A stretch of 64,000 nucleotides of DNA, from positions 77,748,001-77,812,000 of the forward strand of contig OZ241826.1 of NCBI GenBank assembly GCA_965202585.1, in the 5' to 3' direction. Both the position numbers and the translations under genes were made by a program. Source of the DNA: Thalia democratica (taxonomy: Eukaryota). The notes under the pieces were generated by a model that saw only the letters and a program-made list of their open reading frames with translations, did not search any database and was not told where the DNA came from. Positions 22,446-33,221 of the stretch are shown here, one piece after another (position 1 is the stretch's first letter; every line of letters starts with the position of its first letter).

Positions 22446-25400
22446 TTAATTTCCTTCTTCCACGTCCATCATGATTTGGTCGAGGGCGGAATCTTCAAAG
22501 TCGTCCTGGGGTGCTTGTTGCTTAGCAACCCTGGTGGGTTTGGTTGGCATGGAAGCCTGCCAATCGATGTTGATGTCTTCCTTCTTCGAACTTTTCTTCA
22601 TCTCGCGAGGTTTTCCTCCTGAAAATTTTAATAACTTTCCTTAAATAATACATTACAAGTTTCAATTTCAAATCTCAAAAATTTTTTAAAACAAAAAGTT
22701 ATTAATTCAGGGTTCCGAAAGGTTTTTTGATAACTTTTTCCAAGATATCCGAATTTATTCTAGGTTTTTAAAAGTACATGTTATTTTGTCCATATTTAGT
22801 ACAAAGTTAAAATTAAGGTAAAAAACTGCTTTCAATAGTATAACAACATTGAAAAGATTCTGCAAAGCTACTAGTGTTTTATGATAAACAAAAATTCTAA
22901 ATACTTTTTTATGTTTGTGATAGATTTTTGGAATCAAATTAAAATTTCATTACTTACATGTAAAAGTTGTTTAAAATTCTAGGTATTTTTTTGGTTTTTT
23001 TTTTTTTGCGTAATTTGTAAAATTCTAGGTTCATTGCAAACCCTTTTAATTTTAAGTTACTAAAAAAAAACAAATATTTGTGAAAACATAATAATAAGTT
23101 ATAAATTATTAAAACTAATAACCCTAACAGACTATCAATATAATTTTATTAATTTCGTACAAATATGTTTGTATGTACTAAGTTATCACCTTTTGTATCA
23201 AGCAAATAAGTTTAAACTTATTAATGAGTACTTTATAATATTAACTTTGTATAATTTTTTGTTTGAATATAAATGTATTTTATTTATTTTATCTTCTTCG
23301 TGTCCCGTTTAAGTGGCTCAGGTTTTGATGCTTGAGTCCAACATTGCACAATAAACAATATAATGATAATAATATAATTAAGTTTAAAAATATATTGAAA
23401 TGAAACAAACCAGTTAGAATTCTTCTACTTTCATCAAAATATTGATTAGGATGAGTTACTTGGAACGCCGTGTGGTCAGACATCTGTAAAAAATAAATCA
23501 TTTTGAGATTTGTTTTGAAGCATCAAAAAATATAATAATAAGTAAAGTATTAAACAAACAAACTATAAAATTAATTCAAGTATAGAAAAAAAAGAATGAC
23601 AGTGAAATATTTTTAGGTTTTTTTAACGAAGTAGAGGTTCAAAAATAAATGATTATAATATTTCAAAAAAACGTTCTAAACAAATACAACAACAAACCCC
23701 GTGAGTGACAGCGAAATACTTCTGACAAGCTATCTGGTAGTGGTGCTTGCTTATCAATTGTACTATTTGCTCAATTGCGTCTGTGGGGCACTTGTACGAG
23801 GATAGCCGTTGTCTCAACACCTGTTCGCTACAGTGCTTGAACGGGCAGCCTGGTGTGTTTGTATTACATATAAAAAATATACGGATTGGATATCTGTCTC
23901 AGCTGCTTTAATTACTTTGAGAAACAGACCTTGCGACTTGAAAGGTATTTTAAGACTGCGAGTTTTTTGGTAGCGAGAAAAAAAGAATCATACTGGGGTT
24001 TACTGACAACGGTGTAAAATTGAAAAAACGAAGGGTTGTAAAAGAAGCCTCTTGTTATAACAACCACTCGGTAACAAGTAGAAACTAAATATACAAGTTG
24101 CAGAAATGCCTTGCGACGCAAAAATACAACTTAAAACTTGTTTCATAGATTGAGGAAGGATATTTATGACATAAATTTCATTTTACAAAACTTATATATT
24201 TGCTCTTTAAATACTACTACAAACAGACATATTTTACAATATTATCGTTCTTTAATTTCTTTTTAAACTACTACTTGTTATTGAAAACGTAAAAAATAAT
24301 AATTAAGTACAGATCTTCTTTTTTTTTTTTGAAATAGATATTACTGTTTTGAATTTTAAATCTTGAATAAGCTACAATGTGAAAAAAAAAAATTTAACAA
24401 TTGTGTTACAACAATACCCCATATTAAAACGTAAATAATAGTTATATTGTGTGCAAATTATCAAAGTGTTAACCGTGGTGTTCCTGGCTGGATTGGGGCG
24501 CATTGGTGGTAATTATCTTCATGCAGCTGAAAGGCGAATAGTTCACTCTTTTGCCCTCCTTTCCGTAATTGTGACGTATGTTGTAAGAATACTGCTTCTC
24601 AAACTGTTCATTGGTGTTTAATATATCTTAAATAAATATAAATACTATATGAAGTATAGTGCTCACATTATTCTTACATTTATAAAAGAAAAAAAAAAAC
24701 ATCAATTTCATTTTGACTTTATTTAAAGATAATAAAAACTTCATAACAATCTTCTCAAACTGTTCATTGGTGTTTATTCTTATTTAATTTACATTACGGT
24801 TAAATTTAGTAAAGTAGTAGTTTATCTAGGAATTATGAACATTATTTTCTAAGTTATGTTCTAATTAGTGATATACCGGATCCACTTTTAAGGATCCGGC
24901 CGGCTCCGGATTCTAAATTTTTTATGTAGTTTAAAAAGAGAACAAATTTATAAAATTTAGTTATTATAATACCATTAATCAGTAAAAACTGTTTAATACA
25001 AACATTTTGTTAAAAAAAACACAAAGTCTTTAAAAGTTTTTCTTTAAATAGTACAAATTCAAACCTTGTCGAGGTCTATCACTTTGGTGAATTCCCTCCT
25101 CCAAAACTTCAGCGCCGACTCAAGCGTGACGCCTATACCCTTCAAATAGAGGGAGTACTGCTGCCTGCCCTGGTACTTGAGGTGGTGGTCCCTCGTCAGG
25201 TTCTGGTGCAGGTTCCGCATGCACAGCGGGTACGACGTTTTCGACAACTGTGGGTTTTGATGAAAGCATTAACGCTGGTATCAAAGGTGTTTGTTGTGAT
25301 TTAATAAAATAAACTTATAGATACTTACAATTAAAAGCGATTATATATTTTTAACTTAATTTAGAAAAAGTATAAAATTAAGAAAAAAATGGTTACATAA

Positions 25401-26555
25401 ATGGATAATCGTCCACTTGGCGAAATTTAAACAATAATGGTCACCCGCTTTGTGAGTTGCGTGAAATTATTTTAAATTAACTGTTTAATTATTGCTAAGC
25501 ATTAAAAGTGGGTAGAAATGTTTTTTTTTTCACTTGAGGTTCTACCTAAAAACTAGATGTTTTCGATAACTGTAAATTGTGTTTGAAATATTGAATTGGT
25601 AAAAAACGTCCTTGTGGTTAGGAACAGACTTGTTAAAATGCTAATTATTACTATGGTAATTCAGCAATGAAGCGTATAAAATTTGGTTTGTTTTGAGTTA
25701 TTAATTTCACGCTCGAGTAAACAAAGCAGAGCTTTTTAACATGTCTGGTTAGGAAGCAAACTTGTAATTACTTGCCATTAAAGATGAGTTTGAATGTTTA
25801 CTTGAGGTTTAATATAAAAAGAAAACTAAATGTAAAAATTATACAATAGTAATATCTAAGTGTTTGTGCTGATTTCAAAGAACTAAACTTGTAACCACTT
25901 TCCATTTTGTAATTTTTTTTAGTACAATATATTGCAATATGATACATAGTCTATTATTTTTTATGTTTCCATACATATACGAACTAATTAAAACATAGTA
26001 CAAAACAAAAAAAAAACCTTATCGAGATCATCGATGTTAACATTTCCCTTGTTTTTATCAGTATCGTATGCGTTTGACACCGCTTCCTTGCTGAAAGACT
26101 TCAGTATCGGAACTATCCGGTTTCCTTCCTCTAATTGGGGCAGTGCGTGGAAAGATAACTGTAACGAGAACTTATGTGATTTTCAATTACACTTTTAAAA
26201 GTTTACTTTAATATGTAACAAGCAGTTGTTTGAGTTAGGCTTAAATCAACTAAAAGTTTTAGTCAATAGATTAGCTGACTTAAGTTTAAAAAAGTTCAGT
26301 TCCTGTTTTCATGAATACAAAAATTTTACACCGCTTAATTAAACTAAATTAAAATTTCTTGACTCAGCCAGGACTGGTGGTAAATTTTTTAGCTGTAATG
26401 AGTGTGAAAAAAGCTAAACTTTTAGTGATTTCAGGTCCAAATAACTTTAGTGCACACATTACATATAAACTTACCGTGAGCCACTTAGACAGGAAGCCTC
26501 TGTATTTAGCGCTAATTATGTTTACAAAGTTCTTTTGAGGCACGTATGCTTGCCC
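22446..26555 (-). CDS. PRIM2: DNA primase large subunit, 3' seven exons, copy A (no upstream exons before the duplication junction)
   Basis: Exons complement(26475-26555, 26018-26158, 25065-25247, 24474-24603, 23698-23849, 23411-23483, 22446-22618) splice in frame: GQAYVP..|LSFHALP..|[39 protein letters not shown]..|[33 protein letters not shown]|[15 protein letters not shown]..|..[14 protein letters not shown]... All four 4Fe-4S Cys (PLCM, FSCM, GCPF, IACQ) are present. Confidence 0.93.
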
Positions 26556-27332
26556 CTGTTAGAAAATAATTTATTAAAAAAATTTATAAGTAAATCAAAC
26601 ACAAAAATATCAAAAATGGTTCTATTTTCTTTTTAAAATATTTAGCATGCAAAATTTATAACTTGTTGTTGGACTATTTTCAAGTATTTGTAAAATAAAA
26701 GGTAAAAATTTTATCAAACTTAAACATTTACTAAAAAAATAAACTAGAAAACTAGATATATAACACTAAAGAAACATTTAAATCTAAATTTATTAATACA
26801 TTTTCTTAAAAAAATAATTCAACTTGTTACTCAAGTTTTTTAGCTTGAAAAAAAAAAAACAAGCTATTTATTTTTCTAATTTTAACTTATAATAATATTG
26901 AAACCATATAAGTATCAATAATGACAAAAAAAGCTTTAATTTACCTATAAAAATTATATAATAATTTAATTCAAACGTGTATTAAAAAACATATAACAAA
27001 TAATTTTGTTACTTAAGTTCAATGAAATTGATTTATCATAAACAAAGTATATATAAATGAACATATAAAAAATATTAAGTGAATTTTTATCTATCAAATA
27101 TTAGCTTTATTAACTTTATTATCAGCTTTATGAACTTTTCGTATAATTTATTTTATTTTAGTCAAAAATAACTTAACAAACTCTAATAAAAATGTAGTTT
27201 TATACGAGAAGAACTAATAATAAAACAAATAACGCAATATAGAAATAACAATACTTTATACAGTTTTCATTAAAAAAATATTTTTTCAATAAACATCTTA
27301 CTAGATAAATTTTGTTTTAATAAAAATAAAAG

Positions 27333-27445
27333 GAAGGTGTTTGAGCTAATCAGTATATTTTCTATCCATATTTTGTAGGGTCATGAATTAAAACAAGTCA
27401 TCACTTCAGCTCGAATGTGGCATGAGTGGGATTCGAGCCCACTTC
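27333..27445 (-). mobile_element. 5'-truncated tRNA-derived SINE remnant at the duplication junction
   Basis: Body nearly identical to 62460-62553; retains only a T-arm/B-box hairpin GTGGG-CTCGAAT-CCCAC (minus strand). Confidence 0.6.
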
Positions 27446-27888
27446 GAAATTAACTTTTGACATTTATATGTTCTAAACTAAGGGTGGGCAAAGCCCAGGA
27501 GCTTAATCCTGCTATTTAATAGAAATCTTTGGCTTGCAAGGTATTTTAAGTTCGCAAACATATTTTTTTTAAACATGAGCTTTTGTTCAAAAAATTGTTA
27601 TAAAATGTTTTATTTATTTAGTTTTTGTACACAGCAGAGCCTTTCAATTTATTATTACGTTACAAATTTACTTTTAAATACTTTCTACTTCTGTAAGCAC
27701 ACGTTTATGTGATCAGATTTTTTATACAAAATCTTTTTACACTTTTTCCAGTGCTGCTGCACAAAAAAAACATTTAAGGTAAATCTGGCCGGCCAATTGA
27801 AAAGGCTGCCGACCCTCTCTTGTAGATTTTGTAATTTAATAAACCTAAATAAGTTCCCTAATTTAATTTACCTTTAAACTTCAAGGTA

Positions 27889-29694
27889 ATGAAGAGCAAA
27901 CCCCACTGCAACCAGCTCTTCCTGACCGGCCTGCAGTGGCCCAACATGTCGGGGCTGCAAATGTGGGTGAAGTTCATCGACCGCATCATCGAGGCGACCC
28001 ACCTCGACAACCAGGTCACCATATACGGGCCCAAGGGCGTCGAAGAGGTGGTCAGGAGGAGGCTGGAGCCCATGTTCTCAAAGACTCGAAAGGACAAGAT
28101 CTGGCCGCACGTGCTGTTCGTGGAAGTGGCGGACGGGCAAAAGGTGAAAAGCTCCCAAGTGACCGTGACCGCTCACGAGCTTTTAAAGGATGAAAACTTC
28201 ATGTACGAGGTCAACTGCGAGCTTCAAAAGGGCGGAGAAACGCGTAGAGCGAACATGTTTATTGCTGAAATGTCAGATACAAACCAAATGGAATCGATCA
28301 AAGACAAGTTGTCTGATATACCATGCAACCCAGATGACTCAAATTTTTTTGTGCAACAAGCTAACACAGGCGGAATTTATAATTTTTCTAATCAGCTACC
28401 CAACTGGCATGTTCTAACTCCCAATGACACCAACAAAGAAGGGAAAGTTGACGGTTGGGCTGTAAAGAACCTGATCAGGAGCGCATGCAACAAAATTTCC
28501 CCTGGTTTTTTCCCGCTGCATGGCAGAAATAATGTTTTAGACCAAAACCTGCTTGTTGATAATAATAATTTTTTTCAGCTCAGCGATTTTACGAACTACC
28601 TAGTAACCGGCACTTACGGTTTGGGCACAAACAACATTCATTCGGCCGAAAAATACACCAAAGTTTACAGAGACTTGAAAGAAAAGGTGGAGGCGGAAGG
28701 TGTGAGCGCGGATCGCACAAAAAGCAACTGCGACTTTCCAAAACTGACCGTGCTGGGGTGCGGGGACGGGAACGACAACTTCAGGAGTTGCAGCGCCTAC
28801 CTGTTGAAAACAACCGAGAACAGGTCCATGCTGATCGACTGCGGGCCGGGCACGCTTGAGGGCATGCTCAACCACTACGGGCGGGAAAGGTTCCACAAAG
28901 TTCTGAGCACGATCAAAGTCGTTTACATAACGCACAAGCACGCGGACCACGTGGGCGGGCTGGGCTCTCTGATCCACCACGTGTTGAAAACGAACGAGCG
29001 CGCGGAGGAGAAAATACTTTTGATCGGTCCGCCGTGGCTGCACACGCTCGTCCCCACCCAGGTGCCCACGGAGGAGTTCAGCAAAAAGTTCAGGCTGCTC
29101 AGCTTCGGCTTCCAACCGACCCACAACTGCCACAAGCTCGAAGCCGCCCTGGACGTCAGGAGCTTCAGGTGCGTGCTGGTGGAGCACGGGTGCCTGACCA
29201 AGGGCCTCGTCCTCGAAACCAACCGCGGCAACTTCAAGTTCGCCTTCTCCTCGGACACCCTCCCCATGAGCGGCCAGCTGATAAAGCACGGCATGGACGC
29301 CGACCTCCTCGTCCACGAGTGCACGTTCCTGGACCCGATGGCGGCCAAGTTCAAGATGCACTCGGACATGCAGGGCGCCGTGGACACCGCCAACAGGATG
29401 CGCGCCAAGAGCCTCATGCTCAACCACCTCAGCAGCCAGTTCCCCATGTACCCGCTGGTGGACAGGGACATTGATTTGCGCGGTTACCGGGGCAACGTGG
29501 TGGTCGCCATGGACAACTTGGAGGTGGGGCTGGGCGAGGTGGGCCGGTTGGCTCTGCTGCGCCCCCGCATGGAGAAAGTGTTCGGGGCCAGCATCGAGAA
29601 GTTTTACAGGAGGGCGGAGAAGAAGGAGTGGGTGAAGAAGTCGAAGAGCAAGAAGTTGAGCGACACTTTCAAGTTTGTCACCGGGACAGAGTGA
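27889..29694 (+). CDS. Long-form RNase Z (ELAC2/Trz1-like) metallo-beta-lactamase-fold nuclease, atypical, probably lacking 5' exon(s); 601 aa uninterrupted
   Basis: C-domain motifs: LIDCGPGT (I), THKHADH (II, HxHxDH), VEHG (III), SSDT (IV), HECT (HEAT), HSD (HST), NHLSSQFP (V). N-domain pseudo-motif LFLTGLQWPNMSGL..VTIYGP. An acceptor-like TTCAAG at 27885 opens in frame (GTA ATG). No symbol given because orthology versus a divergent paralog is unresolved. Confidence 0.9.
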   Translation: MKSKPHCNQLFLTGLQWPNMSGLQMWVKFIDRIIEATHLDNQVTIYGPKGVEEVVRRRLEPMFSKTRKDKIWPHVLFVEVADGQKVKSSQVTVTAHELLKDENFMYEVNCELQKGGETRRANMFIAEMSDTNQMESIKDKLSDIPCNPDDSNFFVQQANTGGIYNFSNQLPNWHVLTPNDTNKEGKVDGWAVKNLIRSACNKISPGFFPLHGRNNVLDQNLLVDNNNFFQLSDFTNYLVTGTYGLGTNNIHSAEKYTKVYRDLKEKVEAEGVSADRTKSNCDFPKLTVLGCGDGNDNFRSCSAYLLKTTENRSMLIDCGPGTLEGMLNHYGRERFHKVLSTIKVVYITHKHADHVGGLGSLIHHVLKTNERAEEKILLIGPPWLHTLVPTQVPTEEFSKKFRLLSFGFQPTHNCHKLEAALDVRSFRCVLVEHGCLTKGLVLETNRGNFKFAFSSDTLPMSGQLIKHGMDADLLVHECTFLDPMAAKFKMHSDMQGAVDTANRMRAKSLMLNHLSSQFPMYPLVDRDIDLRGYRGNVVVAMDNLEVGLGEVGRLALLRPRMEKVFGASIEKFYRRAEKKEWVKKSKSKKLSDTFKFVTGTE

Positions 29695-32600
29695 GTTTGT
29701 TTTCAATCTAATAAAACACTAGAGTTTATTTTTATAGTAGTAAAATTTATTTTAATTTTTTTAACTTATGAATATTTATTTTTCTAAAATTTTAGTAATA
29801 AAATAGTAAAGAGTTTTTGCAAAATTAAAAAAGTTTTTTTTATTAAATTATTCTATAGTTTATAAATTTTTACCTTGTCCATTTTAAACTTTATCTTGAA
29901 TGATATTTATGAAGATTTTTTATGATAATAGTTTTTTATTAAACTAAATGTTTTTAGATTTTAAAGGTTTACTGCAGTTTAGGTAATTTAGGAAATTCAA
30001 TATAGTTTTTTACAAGTCACAATATTTTCTTTAATCTTAAATATGTTTTAATATTTTTGTAAGTTTGAGTTGTAAAACTAAATACAAGGATTTTTTAAAT
30101 AGATTTATAAACTTAGGTAAACTTTTGCAACAACTCTTAGTAATTTGTAAGTTGTATAAAGTAACTTTACTTAAATTACTTTTAATTCTTTTCAAAAAAG
30201 TTGAAGATTGTGACTTTAACAAGAAATTATGTGCTAGTTTTGAAAAGTTTAAATTTTTTTTTATTTGTTAAATTTTATCACTGCTTTTTTTAGGTTTTTC
30301 AATCTAAAATATAATATTTGTTCGGTTTAGTGACTGTTTTTTTGCACTGCATTTTTTTTCTTTTATAAAAAAAAAAAAGAAATTTTTGTAGCATTTACCA
30401 TGTAAAACACGTTTCAAAAAAGTTATCATAATTTCTATCTAAGGATATAAAGTATTTTTGTGAATTTAAAATACTTGTTTTATCTATATTGGGTAATTTT
30501 TTTAAATTTAATTAAGTTATATGAAGTATTCAAATAGGAAGTTTTTTAAACTTAAATATTAAATAACCAACAATTCGTTGATATAAAAATATTGTTAAAA
30601 CAATATAATGTCGTTATTGTACATTTTAAAATATTTTTAATTTGCATCAATTCTCGTTGCAAATCAGACAAGTTTTATCCATTTTTCTGTAATTTTTATG
30701 AGCTGCATACCTTTTTTAATGTTATTATTCAAGTGTAAAAATTTTAAATTCCCTTTTTCATTGATTGAAAAACTAGGTGTATTTTTAATGTCAGCCTAGT
30801 CTTGTCACATAACATATTTGAGATAAAACCATATATTTATATATTTTTACAAAGAAAAAATTAAAATTATATTTTTTAAAACTGTTCTAAATTTAAAGAA
30901 AATTGTAGAAATAATCTTTGTATATTTTTAAATTTAAAACATATAAAAAAACTTTTAATACAACAGTTTTTAATTTTTAATGCAACATTTTTGAACAGCT
31001 ACTTTCAATTTATTAATTTTTTAAAATCAATAAACTTATGTGCTTTAAAAAAATATAATACTAAATTGAAGCTTTTAAAAGAACTTAATATGAGTATTTA
31101 AGAGTTTGTACAGTTTTAAAAACAGGGTTGCTAAAAACCTGGAATTTGACAAATAAGGCAAAAGTAAGTGAAAAATTTGAAACTTTGAACAAAAATCACT
31201 AATAAACTTGGAATTTAATACAATTTTAACATACTTTACTAGAAATTACTAAAAACTTATCAAATACAATTTTTCTGTTTTGTTAATTATTTTGTTTTAT
31301 AAAACACACTTAGAGTAGCATTACAGTATCTTTTATATATTTTATTCCTATTTAACACATTTTTTACCTTTAATTTGTTAAATACTTAAAAAGGATAAAA
31401 AACTTGTACTGTTAAAATCCTAGAACCTTGTAAAATATCATTTCCACAACAGTTTTTAACAAATTAAAAATGTTGGATGAAACTTGCAAATGTTTTTGAT
31501 TGAAGTAACAATAGTTTCTTTTAATCAAAGTTAATTTCCTTTTTTAGAAATTAAAAAAAAAAACAAGTTTTATTTTTAAACAGTAAATATTAATTTAAAC
31601 ACTACCAAGATGTTTTAAGGGCAGTTTAAGAACATAAATACAAGGAAGTTTTAAATAAACAGCTTCATATAAACATTTAACAGGTTTAACAACTTAGTTT
31701 AGAAAGGAAATGTCGTAAAGTAACAACGTAATATATTTAGTAAGGTAGAAAATAGTTATGTTAAATTATTAGTTTTATTTAAACTTAATTTTATAATCAG
31801 TACTTAGTGTATAAAAACCGTATTAACCTAATATTTTGGTCTAAACCTTGGGGACTTACTCGATATGTAGCAACTCTGCATGGGCTTAAAATGCATTGAA
31901 CTAGAAATAAGAGTTTTTAAGTTTTCACTGAATCAGTATGAATTATAAAATAAAGTAGAAAACAGCTTTAGTTTTTATCAATGAATTTTTACAAACTAAA
32001 GATAAAAATAACTATCTAAGCAAAAGTTATCAGAATTCATATTCCACCATAAATCAGTTTTTAGCAATTTTAGAAAAATGTCAGTTTGAATGCTTGAAAG
32101 TTTATGAACTATTAAAAGAAACTAAATTATTAAATACAAAAAAGTTGTAGTTAAATGCTGTAAAAATAAATAGCCAACTTGTAATTTATAGCATTTTATT
32201 ATTTTAACTATTTCGAAGTAGTCTTTTATCGCTAATTAATTAAGCGATCCAATACTTACAAGGTAATCAGAAAACTTAAAACAAAGATTACTTCTCTGTT
32301 GCATATTTAAATAAGAAGCTTTAGTTTGTACAAATGCTATACGTACTCTTTACTCTAAAAAATACTTGTGACACCTATGTAATGTCGAAAAACATTGATT
32401 TAATTTTCATAATCTAATTAGTGTTATAAACAATACCTTTAACAAGTTTTAAGTCACTTGAAACATGTATGAAGTATTAAAATGTTATAATGATATTTAT
32501 TATAATTATAATATGATTTTAGATAAGCTCTTAGCAGTGTGTGTCAGTTATCATTTTATATATAACATAGAATAAAATTGGTTTAAAAAAGACATAGAAA

Positions 32601-33221
32601 AAAGCTGTCTCATTTCTTTAATAAAAACAGGTTCAGGGATCTTTTGTTTTATTAAAATGTTTTCAATTCTTAATCAAAAATCTTTTTTTAAATCAATTTT
32701 ATGTAAACCGAAGTATTTAAAGCTGTCTAATTTATAATATAAACAAGAAACTACCTTCAAACCATTCATTCTTCAATTTATAAATTACAAGTAGCATATT
32801 TTTTTAATAATACGTATAAAAATAGTTTCATGTTTTCAAAATGAAAATAAAGTTCAGCAAAACTCTTTACTTTTAAATATTAAGTAAAGTATTTAACACA
32901 ATGTTTTAGTTTATTGATGGTTATTTTGTACTTAAAAAGTATACAATTTATTTTATATGAAAGTATTCTTAATGAAACAAAAATATAAAACACATATTTT
33001 TTCATTAAAAAAATATTTTCTAAAACTTGTTATATCTATATGACTTAATTGTAATATTCCCCAAGTACTTTATCAAAACTCCTTTTAAATGTACATTTAA
33101 GCCGTAAACTATAGTCCTAGACAAGACATTAAACTGTATCAGTAGTGTATGACTCAATAACTGAAAGGTTTTTTCGTACACCAGCTCCTTAGACTAATTT
33201 TTTTGGGAGAAGTCGAAAAAG

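Larger units (their letters stand above)
1..27426. repeat. Copy A of a roughly 30 kb tandem segmental duplication (homologous to about 32830-62553)
   Basis: Colinear homology throughout: 230-360 vs 33050-33195; 6493-6587 vs about 37013-37107; lectin genes; 14776 vs 50041; all PRIM2 exons. Shared sequence ends at TGGCATGAG (27426 vs 62553). Confidence 0.95.

Noticed and set aside
22755-22937. 60-aa ORF conserved in both copies (also 54761-54943)
   Set aside because: Lies in a PRIM2 intron within a repeat family; conservation reflects the recent duplication.
27889-29694. Bacterial horizontal transfer or contamination as the origin of the GC-rich ORF
   Set aside because: The two-domain long-form RNase Z is eukaryotic, an acceptor-like site precedes it, and an endogenous PRIM2 exon is similarly GC-rich.
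28600-29706. 368-aa antisense ORF and other overlapping ORFs (27858-28097, 27936-28193, 28923-29471, 29034-29474) over the RNase Z gene
   Set aside because: Shadow ORFs expected from GC-rich codon usage; no motifs; the plus frame carries all RNase Z motifs.
31858-31906. Isolated minus-strand exon-like segment (AG...GTAAGT) in the inter-copy spacer
   Set aside because: Does not match PRIM2 in any frame, and no partner exons were found.
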